From contig OX597836.1 of the NCBI GenBank assembly GCA_951406725.2, forward strand, positions 37,820,001 to 37,884,000: a stretch of DNA of 64,000 nt. The letters run 5' to 3'. This document shows, in pieces, positions 1-12,835 of the stretch. Position 1 is the first letter of the stretch. Every line of letters begins with the position of its first letter. Source of the DNA: Octopus vulgaris (lineage: Eukaryota). The position numbers and the translations under genes are program-made. Under the pieces are notes generated by a model. It searched no databases, was not told the DNA's origin, and saw nothing but the letters and a program-made list of their open reading frames with translations.

Positions 1-993
1 ACCGATACGAGTGAAGGCACCACAAATTCCTTATAGAAATCGTTAAATGGGTAGCCTTAAATGCATAGCGTTAAGACCAACAAACAGTAGCCATCTCGGT
101 TTAGGAATGTCAGATTCCAAAGAGGTGACAAGGGATTGAATTCTATTGCAAAAGTGAAGTTAGATAAATCTCGAAGGAAGAAATATACACTTATACCCAT
201 ACAGAAATGGTAAACTTTGTGTATGTTATCATGGAAGCCCGCAAATAGAGGGCGATTTCCGGACTTGTGGTTGCTGACCAGTTACCTAATTAGGCAAGAT
301 TTGTTTATACCTTTCCAAGGCATTCTGGGATTAACAAATAAACATCTTTGGAAAGGGTTGCTCAGCCAATCAAGGTTTGTCGAATCTTTCCGTTGCCATG
401 AGTTTGGAAAAGAATCAACGAATGTTCCAAGTTGCTTGTGTAGATTTGTAATTACATATTCCATCTGGTCAAGTCTATACGTTCCACTATTCGCCATCGC
501 CGCACGACTTTGTCTATTCATAATGCTTTAAAAGAAGTTTTTGTACATCACATCGGTTATAGGAACCTTCCGGCGGTCCAGGATTGGCTGCAACGAACAG
601 ATGTTGAAAGAACCTCAGGTCTTACATCAGATTATCTGTCTCATTTCACAATTAGAAGTATTTCTACGTCCCCGTGCAAATGCTTGATAGTCGTCGATCC
701 TTTTTTACGGATAATCTTTCCTTACATTATCTGCTATTTTTTCGTTATAATTTGCTTCTTCAAGTAACACATTACGATCCACATATTTGTGTTGCTTCTT
801 TAAAATACAAGTGGTTTGCACAATGGTTTGATTTGTATCACAACCGTTTCTATTTCCATCGTGTTTATGTCATGGCTATAACATGATGCCCGTTCCTATA
901 CACTTCTTTAAACATCACTGGGTATAACTTTTGTGTTATATGCCTATGTATTCTTTTGCAGTCTTCACTATATGCCTACTTAATTGAACGGTT

Positions 994-1308
994 GTATGTA
1001 TATATGTATGTATGTATGTATGCATGTATGTATGTATGTATGCATGCATGTATGTATTTATGTATGTATGTATTATATATGTATGTATGTATGTATGTAT
1101 GCATGTATGTATGCATGTATGTATTTATGTATGTATGTATGCATGCATGCATGTATGTATGTATGTATGCATGCATGTATGTATGCATGCATGTATTTAT
1201 GTATGCATGTATGTATGCATGTATGTATGCATGTATGTATGCATGTATGTATGTATGTATGTATGTTTGTATGTATGTATGTATGTATGTATGTATGTAT
1301 GTATGTAT
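994..1308. repeat. (TATG)n microsatellite with CATG variants
   Basis: Directly visible tetranucleotide run; explains the MYVC/HTYI ORFs. Confidence 0.97.
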
Positions 1309-1328
1309 GTGAGTGTGTGCATGTAAGT

Positions 1329-1820
1329 ATGAAATGAGCTGCTCGAAAACGCACCGCCTATGAAGTGAACAGGGAAAGCTTGGTCTATAATATTTTTGGA
1401 CGCGTATATTTCTCAATGGCTGGGCTCAATAGTCACCAGCGGAGCCACGAGTGTATAGTATAAATTTATCTGAGTGCACATTGTCCTAAATGGTCAGTGA
1501 TGTCCTTTCTCTGTCACAAGTGGACATCCAGCGTGTATGTATGTATGTATGTATGTATGTATGTATGTATGTATGTATGTATGTATGTATGTATGTATGT
1601 ATGTATGTATGTATGTATGAAGTGAGTTGCTCGAAAACGAACCGTCGGCGTAGTGAATTTGGAAAGCTTGGTCTACAATATCTGCGGATGTGTATGATTG
1701 TTAATGGCTTAGCTTATTAGACACCGGCGGAGCTACACGTGTAAAGTTTAAATTCGTTTGAGTGCACAATGTTCTTAATGGCCAATGATGGTCTTCTCGG
1801 TCAGAAGCAGACAGCCAGCG
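1329..1820 (-). repeat. Two diverged ~205-bp direct copies (1329-1533, 1617-1820) separated by (TATG)n; possible decayed Gypsy pol fragment
   Basis: The copies align end to end (gctcgaaaacg..ggaaagcttggtcta..gagtgcaca..ccagcg). Minus-strand peptides RPSFPCSLHRRCVFEQL and RPSFPNSLRRRFVFEQL resemble the RPxVPxxxRxxVFxxLH motif before the Gypsy integrase zinc finger (inference). Confidence 0.45.
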
Positions 1821-1835
1821 TATAGGTGTGTATAT

Positions 1836-2325
1836 ATGCATGTATGTATGTATGTATGTATTTATGTATGTATGTATGTATGTATGTATGCATGTACGCA
1901 TGAATGTATGTATGCTTGCATGAATGTTTGTATGTATGCGTATCTGCATGTATGTATGTATGCATGCATGTATATATGTATTTCATGTATTATGTATGTA
2001 AGTATGTATGTATATATGTATGTATGTATGCATGTATATATGTATTTTATGTATGTATTATGTATGTAAGTATGTATGTATATATGTATGTATGCATTCA
2101 TGTATATATGTATTCTATGTATTTATGTATTATGTATGTAAGTATGTATGTATATATGTATGTATGCATTCATGTATATATGTATTCTATGTATTTAAGT
2201 ATTATGTATGTAAGTATGTATGTATATATGTATGCATGTATGCATGCATGTATATATGTATTTTATGTATGCATGTATATACATATATATGTATGCATGC
2301 ATGTATGTACGCATGCACGTATGTA
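1836..2325. repeat. Degenerate (TATG)n microsatellite with higher-order subrepeats
   Basis: Directly visible. Confidence 0.95.
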
Positions 2326-2790
2326 TTCTCTCAGCTTATTTTGATGCATACCTATATCTATGTACGCGGTTGCTTAGTGCAGTTAGTCAACAAGGTGGGG
2401 TTCATTCTATCTTCAATACATACTAAAACATAAAATACTATTTAAAGAGAAGAATAAAATAAAAAAATTAACAAGAAAACAACAAGAGATTAAAAGTAAA
2501 AGGAAATGAAAAATGAAAAGGAAATATGTAGCCGAATGGGATTTCAAATTCCCTCTAGTAGAATATCTTTAAGGTTTACATGTAGGTCCTTATTAATCTA
2601 ATAAAGAAATGAAGTCATTGCAATGGAAGAAAAGAAAAACTAGAAAAGGAAAAATTTTATGCTATTATTAATGTTATTCCTACTGATATTATATTGTCAA
2701 GTTTATTGTTGTTTTTTCAAGATCGTAGGATGTATTTGAAGGAGATTTAGTTGATAATTATAGCAGCTCGACTGATCACGTAGATTTAAC

Positions 2791-2826
<36 letters not shown>

Positions 2827-2828
2827 CA

Positions 2829-2859
<31 letters not shown>

Positions 2860-2882
2860 CATTATTATTATTATTATTATTA

Positions 2883-2913
<31 letters not shown>

Positions 2914-2936
2914 CATTATTATTATCATTATTATTA

Positions 2937-2985
<49 letters not shown>

Positions 2986-3044
2986 CATTATTATTATTGT
3001 TATTGTTATTGTTATCATTATTATTATTGTTATTGTTATTGTTA

Positions 3045-3102
<58 letters not shown>

Positions 3103-3123
3103 CATCATTATTATTATTATTAT
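2791..3123. repeat. (ATT)n microsatellite
   Basis: Directly visible; gives the poly-Ile ORF. Confidence 0.97.
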
Positions 3124-3486
3124 ATGTAAATCATTCAAGAAGAAAATAAGTTGACGTAATTAATATTCACTAAACATTAAAAAAAACTTTGCAGTCGACG
3201 CATATTTTCAGAGTTATTTTGTAAAACATGTGTGACCTAAAAAGAACTTCAACTGTCAATGTATATTTGAAGTTTTAGTTATCTAAAGGTTAGGTCAGTT
3301 GATTTTTTTATGATGAAACACAGGACTTGAAAAAGAGAAAAAACAAAAAAAAGGTTAATATTGTAACTGAAATACTTTGATAAGAAGAAACAGTGTTCCC
3401 TGGTTTAGACCAGGGTTTCTGTGCAACAAACTTTAATTGCTGCTGGAGAATGTTTAATGGAAAATATTTAACTTTTTTTTATATAT

Positions 3487-3911
3487 TCTCTTTCTCTCTT
3501 TCTCTTTTACTTGTTTCAGTCATTTGACTGCGGCCATGCTGGAGCACCACCTTTAATCGAGCAACTCGACCCCGGGACTAATTCTTTTGTAAGCCCAGTA
3601 CTTATTCTATCGGTCTCTTTTGCCGAACCGCTAAGTGACGGGGACATAAACACACCAGCATCGGTTGTCAAGCAATGCTAGAAGGACAATCACAGGCACA
3701 CAAACATATATACACACATACATATACATATATATATATACATTTATACGACAGGCTTCTTTCAGTTTCCGTCTACTAAATCCACTCACAAGGCTTTGGT
3801 CGGCCCGAGGCTATAGTAGAAGACACTTGCCCAAGGTGCCACGCAGTGGGACTGAACCCGGAACCATGTGGTTGGTAAACAAGCTACTTACCACACAGCC
3901 ACTCCTGCGCC
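3487..3911 (-). mobile_element. tRNA-derived SINE, family A, full length
   Basis: The minus strand starts GGCGCAGGAGTGGCTGTGTGGT (A box) and has GGTTCAGTCCC (B box), an internal TA/CA microsatellite and an (AAGAG)-type tail. Related pieces at ~5830-6000, 8205-8370, 8830-8945, 11987-12055, 14790-15170, 17375-17535, 43595-43740, 54200-54400 and 61040-61160. Confidence 0.85.
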
Positions 3912-4545
3912 CTGTTGCATATTATAACTTTTAACTCCGCATTTAAGTTTGAGATGCAGGATTGTTTTAACCCCTAAAACTGACTTATCACACTTGGAAT
4001 TATGTTTCTACTTCACCCTCTGTCTTCGGGTCAAAATTTCTTGATCTTTTGCCTTTTCATTTATTTATTCATTTGTATTTTATTTATTTATAATCAAAAT
4101 TGACAAATAAATATCTCCCGCTGAAACTTAACATAAAACCACTGCACATAGCAACATGTCATAATGTGGACTAAATGCTGCTAACGCCTGCTTCCTTGCA
4201 GCTGCGAGTGTCTTGATAATTTCATTTTAAACCTGCTGCTGTGTAAACAACAGCGATTATAGAAGCAGATACTAGAAAAAAATTATCATTCTACGCGACG
4301 TGAAAAATTGCAAATACTAAAGAGAACAAGTGTTTGTTTATATAGTCGCAATAATTCCTGACTTGGGTGATTTCTTTTTAATATCAAGCTAGTAAATTGT
4401 TTCGTATACATCAATCTATGACGATGTTGTTTAATCATTCATATTCATTTTCAGTTCGTACGGCAATAGCAGTGGTGACGTAGTAGAGACAGAGGAAATT
4501 ATGGTACATTAGTAAAGGATTAAATGAAATTCAACAATAAAATGT

Positions 4546-5005
4546 TGTTATATTTCGGAATGGTCATTTTGCCAGTTTAGCCAATAAAATCACACGCACT
4601 ATATATTTGGTGTTACTTTGCTTGAACAAAATAAGAATAAACAAAAACAACAACAAAAACAAATTACATGAACGTATATAAACAGAAGATACAAATATTA
4701 CAGGCATCCCCCCACACACACACACTAAATAAACATAGACGCACATAGAGATATAAGCATGCGCAAATGAAGACATAGAATAGAAATACAAAATGGCTGA
4801 CTGTTAGTAAGGAGAGACACAAATAAGAAAGAAGAAAACAAAGGACCAATGATGCGGTCACAGGAGTGTGACGAAAGAACTCTGGCCAAAATAAGATTAA
4901 GATTAATGTAAAAAATAAATAACACTGACGCAAAGTAACACCAAATATATAGTGCGTGTGTTTTTATTGGCTAAACTGGCAAAATGACCATTCCGAAATA
5001 TAACA
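4546..5005. mobile_element. MITE with ~76-bp terminal inverted repeats and TGT...ACA ends
   Basis: 4546-4621 is the reverse complement of 4930-5005 with one mismatch. Flanks ATGT/ATAT may be an imperfect 4-bp TSD. Confidence 0.85.
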
Positions 5006-5169
5006 ATATCTGTTTCAACACACGACTTCACATAAAAAAATCTTGCACAATAAATATATAAACGTACTAACAATAAAATGACTAAACCGAAAATTACTTT
5101 TTATAAAATAAATATTATAGCTATTTTATTTAATGCATTTTCAAACGTAAGCGGCAATGGGTGTGCAAC

Positions 5170-5489
5170 CAGTTGTGTAGCTAATAGGGGAACAAGGGGA
5201 GCAAGGGGAGAAACCACTCCCCACTAGCAAATTTTAAAAATTTGGCGTCATTTCAATAATCTTTTAAAACTCTTTAGTTACCTATATCAGGAGTTGTAGG
5301 TTTCATACGTAATGACATTGTTACTGAAACATGAAATTATTGAATATAGGATACAATTACGTATATTATAACTAACGAAATATTTTGCGTAATATAAAAG
5401 AAATGAGTTAATTATTATTTGGTATGTACCACAGCGCCTTTTTATTATGTGCTCGATCCTACTAACTTTAGAATCTGGCTACGCCTCTG
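5170..5489. mobile_element. Non-autonomous DNA transposon, hAT-like
   Basis: Imperfect TIRs CAGTTGTGTAGCTA / TGGCTACGCCTCTG; perfect 8-bp TSD TGTGCAAC at 5162-5169 and 5490-5497. Confidence 0.8.
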
Positions 5490-6046
5490 TGTGCAACATC
5501 GTTCGCGATAAGCTCTATAAGTTCTACTTAAAGATTTGAATCGTATTATGGACTGCCAGAAACTACACTCGTTTATCTTTTACACTAAGTTCAAGCGACA
5601 GGCGAGCTAGTGTTAATATATCCGATGCACAGAGTACTAAAAAAAACTAACTAGAAAGAAATACGTAGAGAGAGAGAAAATGGCATTAGTTAATGACTAA
5701 TGTTTTTATTTTTCCGTCAACTGCAGCAGACTACGCCCGACATGATTCCGTTTAATTACGACCATCAGTGAAGCACTGACTTCATCGTTGATGAGATATT
5801 AGTGTGTTATTTTGATATGTTTCATTTTTTTTAATTCTTCGAGTCATTGGACAGCAACAATACTAGGGCGCCGCCTTGAAGGGTTTAGAGGAACAACATG
5901 ACCCCAATACTCATATCGGTATTATTTGCCGAGCCGCTATATTCCGCGGATGCGTAACAAACCAGCACAGGTTGTCAAGTGGTGCAAGAAGACAAACAGG
6001 AACATACATAGACATACATACATACATACATACATACATACATACA

Positions 6047-6077
<31 letters not shown>

Positions 6078-6126
6078 GTACGTACGTACGTACGTACATA
6101 CATACATACATACATACATACATACA

Positions 6127-6159
<33 letters not shown>

Positions 6160-6174
6160 GTATGTATATATATA

Positions 6175-6360
6175 TGAACAAAGAGAAAACAACAACGCGA
6201 GGACGTGGAACAAATATAGTGTTATTGGACGCTCAGGAAAGGAAAGAAAGAAGGAGGATTTAACGTTTCGAGCGGAGCTCTTCGTCAGAAACATAGAAAA
6301 ATGAAAAGCCCAAGGAAGGGAAGACGGAGAAAGAAAATCGCCAACGATACACAAGCGGTA
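6175..6360 (-). mobile_element. Penelope-like terminal fragment with minimal hammerhead-like motif (6262-6288)
   Basis: The minus strand reads TTT CTGACGA A GAGC-TCC-GCTC GAAA CG TT AAA. It lies between TA/CATA microsatellites and is related to 51070-51263. Confidence 0.6.
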
Positions 6361-6911
6361 TATATATATACACATATATATTAATCGAAGTGTACAGTAT
6401 CATATGTCCATTACAGCCAATCTTACCAATCGGTTTTGCACGAGCGTTTCAACAGAGTGTTAGTTAACAGTCCGATTATGTAATCCTGCACTCATCAGAA
6501 GTAGCCGTTATGGATTTAAATATGACTACTGCCCTCGATTGTTGAAGGTGATTAGACACATCCAGTTCGTGGTTGGTGTAAAAAAGGTGATGAAACGAAT
6601 TAAAAAAGGTACTGAGTCAAGAGTTATGTCCCCTGGTACCAAAACATCGCCTCTGGTGGTGATTTTGTTGCAAGTTGGCAAGAGTTTTCTAGAAAAGAGA
6701 TTGTGGGAAATCTGTTTGTCTTTAAGGTTGGTGTCCTTGTGGAAATGGAATGTGTGTAGTAGGTTATACATATAGTACCACTGCTACATATATTCCATTT
6801 CCACAAGAATACCAATTAATGTTTAGATATTCGTAAACTTTGATGACTTCTCCGTGCATCACAACAGTTGTAAGAGATTTATTCATCATTATTGTAGCCT
6901 GAACAGCCCGT

Positions 6912-6992
<81 letters not shown>

Positions 6993-7218
6993 GAAATATT
7001 AAAATTACTAAGTCTCTCTAAAGGAGATTACGGCAGCGTTACTGGATATTAATAGTTATCGCCATACTAATATGGCAGTCTATAAATATAAGACTAAAGC
7101 TGTCGCTGATTAGCTCCAAGAGGCGACCGCCTCTAGCTAGCTATATGACACACGAACCCGCGTCCATTACAACCTTCGAACAGGGGAGGTCAGCCACTTC
7201 ACCTTGCTAGTCAGACAT

Positions 7219-7259
7219 CTGCAGACATGTTTCAGGGTTGTTGCCCTTTATCAATGCAG
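7219..7259 (-). ncRNA. Minimal type I hammerhead ribozyme with mutated core
   Basis: The minus strand reads CTGCA TTGATAA AGGG-CAACAA-CCCT GAAA CATG TC TGCAG. Stems I and II are perfect, stem III is palindromic and the site is GUC. The core is two transitions away from CTGATGA. Confidence 0.75.
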
Positions 7260-7376
7260 CGTAGTCAGACCCACAGGTGTCGCTACTGACCGTCTGTTCG
7301 AAGATTTTATTTACCTAGTTACAGTAGAATACATCCACTTGTTTTCAACATCTATATATAGGTATGTATGTATGTA

Positions 7377-7428
<52 letters not shown>

Positions 7429-8954
7429 GTGTGTGTGTTTATCTTTGACTTTGTGTTTGTATCTCACCACCACTTGACAACTAGTATTGGTATGTTTACG
7501 TGCCCGTAACTTAGCAGTTCTTTTTAGAAGCAATATAAGTATTTCTATTATTGCCACACTCGATGGTGTTGCTGTCGTTGTCGAGGTCGTTTTCGTTTAG
7601 TTCCAAGTGAGTCTCGATCAAGTAAACTTATGACCAAAGACATACTCTGTTATGATCATTATTTTTCATTCTTTTTTTCTTTTGTACGTTTCAGACACTA
7701 TATATATAAGTCACTATATATTTAAGATTCCACATAAGATTCAGTTCTTGTTACGGTACGGTGGATTTTTGGTTTCAATGGCTTCAAGATTTATGCCACC
7801 GGAGTGCAAGTTCCTAGTAGGGTTTCCTATGATGGACAGGTCAAAGGATACAGACTAGACGAATATGGATCACCTCTTCTCAGAAGCAAAAATTAGTTTG
7901 CGTAGGGTTATCACTCTTTCCTAAAAAGAAAAATCTAAGTTACAGAAGAATCGAGGACTATTCAAAACGAACAAGATCTGGAAAAAGGTCTACCCTCAGG
8001 GAAACATGACATAGCGCAACAAATGTACGGAGTTGAAAACGCAGGACTTTGTGTTCTCGAAGAAGGCAATGTAGTTTACGTTCGTCCAGTTTGCTGGTGC
8101 AGTTACTCTACTTTTGGTTATCACATCCTGAATGTTCACGGCTACATAAGCACCTGAAACAATTAGCAAAATCATAGCACATGTCACCAAGCTATACTCG
8201 TTCGCGAGACGGTGGGCTTGCACGCAGTTTCAATCTACCAAATTCACTTACAAGGCATTTGTTGGTCTGATGTTATAGTAGAAGGCAAGACACTTGCTCA
8301 AAATTCGTGCGGTTGGACCGAATCCGGACCCAAGTTGTTGCAAAGCGAAATTCGTAATCACACATCCATACTTGCAGTCATTTACATGTTTTTCTTAATT
8401 TCCCATTTTGTTTTCTTTTGTCATCGCAATCTTTTGATGTTTATGTAAATGGATGCACCTAAGTAAAACATGTGACACGTACAATGAAACTCAATTATTT
8501 TCTATACTGTGTAAATGGCCTACATTACGGAAGACTGCCTCTAGTAACTGTAAGCTATGTAATTATGAAATAAAAACTTATGAATTTGCTAAGTTAACAT
8601 TTTAAAAAGAAATTAACGTGAAATTTAGTCGAGTCAACAGAAGAGTATTAAGGCTTCGTCTCAGTCTACTGAAGTTCATTATAATTAACACTAACTAGAA
8701 ATGACATATATACATTACATTCTCTTAGTCACAGAATCAAAGGTTAATCAGTTTTTAAAGGGCCGTGCATCATGTGCACTATATGCAAAATGTAAGATGC
8801 TTTCATGAAAGAGAATAATTTCACCAGTGTTTGTAGCCTTGGGTTCAGTCACGCTACGTGGCATCTTGGGCAAGTGTTTTCCCCTATAGCCTTGGACTAA
8901 CTAAGGCCTTGTGAGTGAATTTTGTTAGACGGTAACTGAAAGAGGCACATTGTA

Positions 8955-9428
8955 TGCGATACCTATTGCATCTCAGAAAAATGAAGCCATCACCTTCTCT
9001 GCAGATGAAACGACCTATGCCTTCTTTGGAGCAGGTGGGGAAGGGGTGTTTTCTCTGCATGGATTGTCTCTTTCTCTCTGGTTTTAAAGGGATGAATCGA
9101 ACACTCATCCTAGTTCAGGAAACGTTTGAGGAAACCAACTGGATCTGCCTCGAACAATGTCAATTTTCCTGTGATGTGATCAACTTCCTGCGCTTTTGAT
9201 CAGGTGTCAGAAAACGTGACAGTTGAGAAATTTGGCAAAATGAAACCTTCATTATGCCAAGTTAACTTTGCGGAATATTCTCAAATTTCTCTCAGTATAT
9301 GCTTAAGAGCATTGGCTATTTTATTTATAGTCAATCGCCTGCCATCCATCACCATGCGGTGAACACTATCAATGTTTTCCTCAGTGGTGGCAGTTACGGG
9401 ACATCCAGACCTTGGGTCATCTTCAAGA
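8955..9428 (-). pseudogene. Decayed mariner transposase, N-terminal half
   Basis: Frameshifted minus-strand peptides LEDDPRSGCPVTATTEENID..RRLTINKIA, RFLTPDQKR, PERKRQSMQ and PKKA*VVSSAEKVMASFF*D match mariner HTH and linker motifs. Confidence 0.8.
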
Positions 9429-10033
9429 TGTTATCTTCTTTCTCTTTGATTTTCAAAGATATATTCACATCAGCAGAACGGATGACCTCTAAGACGGTAC
9501 ATGCTTAATTTTTTTGTTTGTCCCAAACAACAATATCCGGTCAGTTACGTTTACACTTGACAATTGTTTTGATGGGAATGTTCCACCAGTATTTCTTTTT
9601 GTACGTATTAGTGTATGTATTCAATGTCGAGGGATTCTCTATATTAATCCCAGAACAGACTTTTTACCGGATGGCATTGTATATTGTTTTTGTGACAACG
9701 TCGTGTCGCATAGGGAGGTAGTACTTTGATAATATTTTTGGACAGTTGCTAACCACTTGTAATATATTCCACAGAAATGTGCCTTAATCTACACTTTCAG
9801 TCGCATCTTGGAATTCTAAGAGCTTCACTGTCTCTTGTTTATTAAGTATTTGGTAGCAATCTCCTGTTCTTTGAGTGCAAAAGCCTAACCTTCGAAGTGT
9901 GGTGTGTGATGTAGCGTTATGTCAATTGTCTTCTTCAAGTCTTGGGGAAACATACCCATGCATGGTCTCTTTTTTTGTATGCTGAGCATTTAACTTCCAG
10001 GTCTTCTTTCAGGTATGTTAATCCGACTGTTTG

Positions 10034-10106
<73 letters not shown>

Positions 10107-10178
10107 TACATGTGGGTGAAAAAAATGAATGTAAAACTCAACAAATTTAGTTTAAGTTACATAATAGATATAATAATC

Positions 10179-10940
10179 TTTTCTACTCTAGGCACAAGGC
10201 CTGAAATTCTTGGGGGGTGGCTAGTCGATTAGCTCTACCCCAGTATGCAACTGATACTTAATTCATCGACCCCGAAAGGATGAAAGCCATGGTCGACCTC
10301 GGCGAAATTTAAACTCAGAACGTAACGACAGACACATATACCTATTTCTTTATTACTCACAAGGGGCTAAACACAAAGAGGACAAACAAGGACAGACAAA
10401 GGGATTAAGCCGATTACTTCGACCCCAGTGCGTAACTGGTACTTATTTAATCGACCCCGAAAAAATGAAAGGCAAAGTCGACCTCGGCGGAATTTGAACT
10501 CAGAACGTAGCGGCAGACGAAATACCTATTTCTTTGCTACCCACAAGGGGCTAAACACAGAGAGGACAAACAAGAACAGACAAACGGATTAAGTCGATTA
10601 CTTCGACCCCAGTGCGTAACTGGTACTTATTTTATCGATCTCGAAAGGATGAAAGGCAAAGTCGACCTCGGCGGAATTTGAACTCAGAACGTAGCGGCAG
10701 ACGAAATACTTATTTCTTTATTACCCACAAGGGGCTAAACACAGAGCGGACAAACAAGGACAGACATAGGTATTAAGTCGATTATATCGACCCCAGTGCG
10801 TAACTGGTACTTAATTTATCGACCCCGAAAGGATGAAAGGCAAAGTCGACCTCGGCGGAATTTGAACTCACAACGTAACGCAGACGAAATACCGCTAAGT
10901 ATTTCGCCCGGCGTGCTAACGTTTCTGCCAGCTCGCCGCC
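10179..10940 (-). mobile_element. tRNA-derived SINE, family B, with three tandem 184-bp internal modules
   Basis: Single head GGCGGCGAGCTGGCAGAAACGTTAGC at 10940; B box GAGTTCAAATTCC; core GCCTTTCATCCTTTCGGGGTCGATAAATTAAGTACCAG. Module junctions at ~10341, 10525 and 10709. Confidence 0.9.
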
Positions 10941-11006
10941 TTAAACTGAATGCATATTAGTGTGTGTCCTACCGCTGAATCCGTAATCTACGCATTGACC
11001 TGATCT

Positions 11007-11177
11007 GGGTTAGGTTTAGGGTTAGGGTTCAGAGTAAGATTTAGGGTTAGGGTTTAAAGTAAGGTTTAGGGTTATGATTACGGTTAGTGTTTGGAGGTTA
11101 GGTTTAGAGTTTAGGATTATAGTCAGGATGAGGGATTGGGATTAGAGTTTTGTTTTAGAAGTAAGGGTAGGGTTAGG
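11007..11177 (+). repeat. Degenerate TTAGGG-like tract, probably inside a small transposon
   Basis: GGGTTAGGTTTAGGGTTAGGG... with many variant units; weak inverted repeats ttagtgtgtg / cacacgctaa on either side. Confidence 0.7.
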
Positions 11178-11459
11178 AGATAAGTCACACGCTAAAGTGG
11201 TACCGAATATTCTTTGTGAGAAGCAGAGATGAAAGGGAAATACAGTGACTGAGAACGACTTCGCAGAAAATAGCTCAAAGTTGGAGGAGCACTTAAATAT
11301 TACACGGATTTGCTGATTAGTGGATATGAATAAGTCGTTAGAATCAATATTAACTTAACCGTAGTTAAACTAACAGCCAGTAACAATATCACGTTACTAA
11401 CTCGTTATGATATTATGTTTAACATTCTATATCACACCACGAGGGGGTATAACACACTA

Positions 11460-11664
11460 CGTGGGGTTTACTGAAACGTTCCTGACTTTGGTTAAATTAA
11501 TTCAGTTAATTATGGTTTTATTAAACATATTCCCCTCTCAGATTCATGCACTTATTGCAGCGGTCCTTCAGTTTTTCTAATCCATACAAAAGAACTCGCA
11601 AAGTTGGGCCTCTACCCAACTTTCGCGATACCCTTAAAGCCAGGAATTTTTCAGTACCCCCTCC
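11460..11664 (-). mobile_element. Mariner-derived MITE
   Basis: Imperfect ~27-bp TIRs (GGGG..TACTGAAA.GTTCCTG.CTT), TA on both sides, and an internal minus-strand remnant KLKDRCNKCMNLRGEYV (mariner C-terminus). A relative lies at ~31860-31990. Confidence 0.75.
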
Positions 11665-12282
11665 TATAATATTATTCAGCTAACATACATTGTATGCTGT
11701 AGGTCAGCAAATTATATTACATTGTACATTTAACCCTTTATGGCATGTGTCTAGTATTATGATATTATATTATTACAGAAAGTTAAAGAAAATAACTCGA
11801 GTTGGTTAATGGCAGAAGTTTAGATAATACATTTAGCATGCACTGAATGACCTCAGCAACATATTCTAAATGAACAGACATTTGTCTTTTAATTGGAGAA
11901 AGAAAACAAAAATTTGGATGCAATTGTTAGCAAATTTCGAAAAAGAAGGGAAATCTTTTTTATTACATATTTAAGATGTGTTTGCATAGGCGCTAGCATG
12001 ACTGTATGGTTAAGAAGCTCGTTTTGCAACTGCATGGTTTCGGGTTCGGTCCCGCTAATTTTGAATTAACAGTAGCTCTAATAATGTAAACATTACCGAT
12101 GTCAATACATAATGTATGTGTTTTGTTTGTGCGGTTCCTCGCTGCTGGACTCATTCGAGAAATAGTCCCTTTAAGACGTCGAGTGTTAAAGACTATTTTC
12201 CCCGAGACGAATCCCGCAGCCAATAAGCACATAAACAAAAACACGTATGTTAAGTTCGAGAAGTTGGTAATAATAATAAATT

Positions 12283-12757
12283 CCCTGATGCCATACCAAG
12301 CAGTGGCTTTCATTGTTTCTGACCATAACTGATTGGAAGTGTTATCATGTACATGTTTTGCCTGGTGTAAAAATGGGCAACAGCAAATATTCTGCTCATA
12401 ACAACAGATTTGCTTGTCAGTTGTTTGACCATAAGCAGTTGACCATGTCCCTTAGTGGCTGACAATATATACACCTCTGATCATGAGAAAAATTGTTTTG
12501 TTCAACATTCTTAAGCAACACTTATTCAGGGACCTTTTGAGTGGGATGGGATACTCGACCGAAAGACAATTCTAACTGGTCCCATCTGCAAGGTCATGCG
12601 CTGTTTATCTTGATATGAGATCACCATGTTGTGCATATATGGTTGTGATACATGTGCCTGGTGTACCCCTATCAGACGGGTAGTCATGACGGGTATACTG
12701 GGCTTCGTATATTTGTACCCCAGTGTCACTTTGATGGCATGCGCTGCTCTCTCACTC

Positions 12758-12835
<78 letters not shown>

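Noticed and set aside
282-886. Minus-strand ORF containing DWLSNPF, reminiscent of hAT transposases
   Set aside because: Only one short motif; neighbouring frames gave no supporting motifs.
6746-6753. TGGAATGT, the start of miR-1, in a hairpin arm
   Set aside because: The match ends after 8 nt and lies on the 5' arm; not miR-1.
10341-10900. Regularly spaced repeats resembling a CRISPR array
   Set aside because: Whole 184-bp units repeat with no unique spacers; they are SINE modules in eukaryotic DNA.
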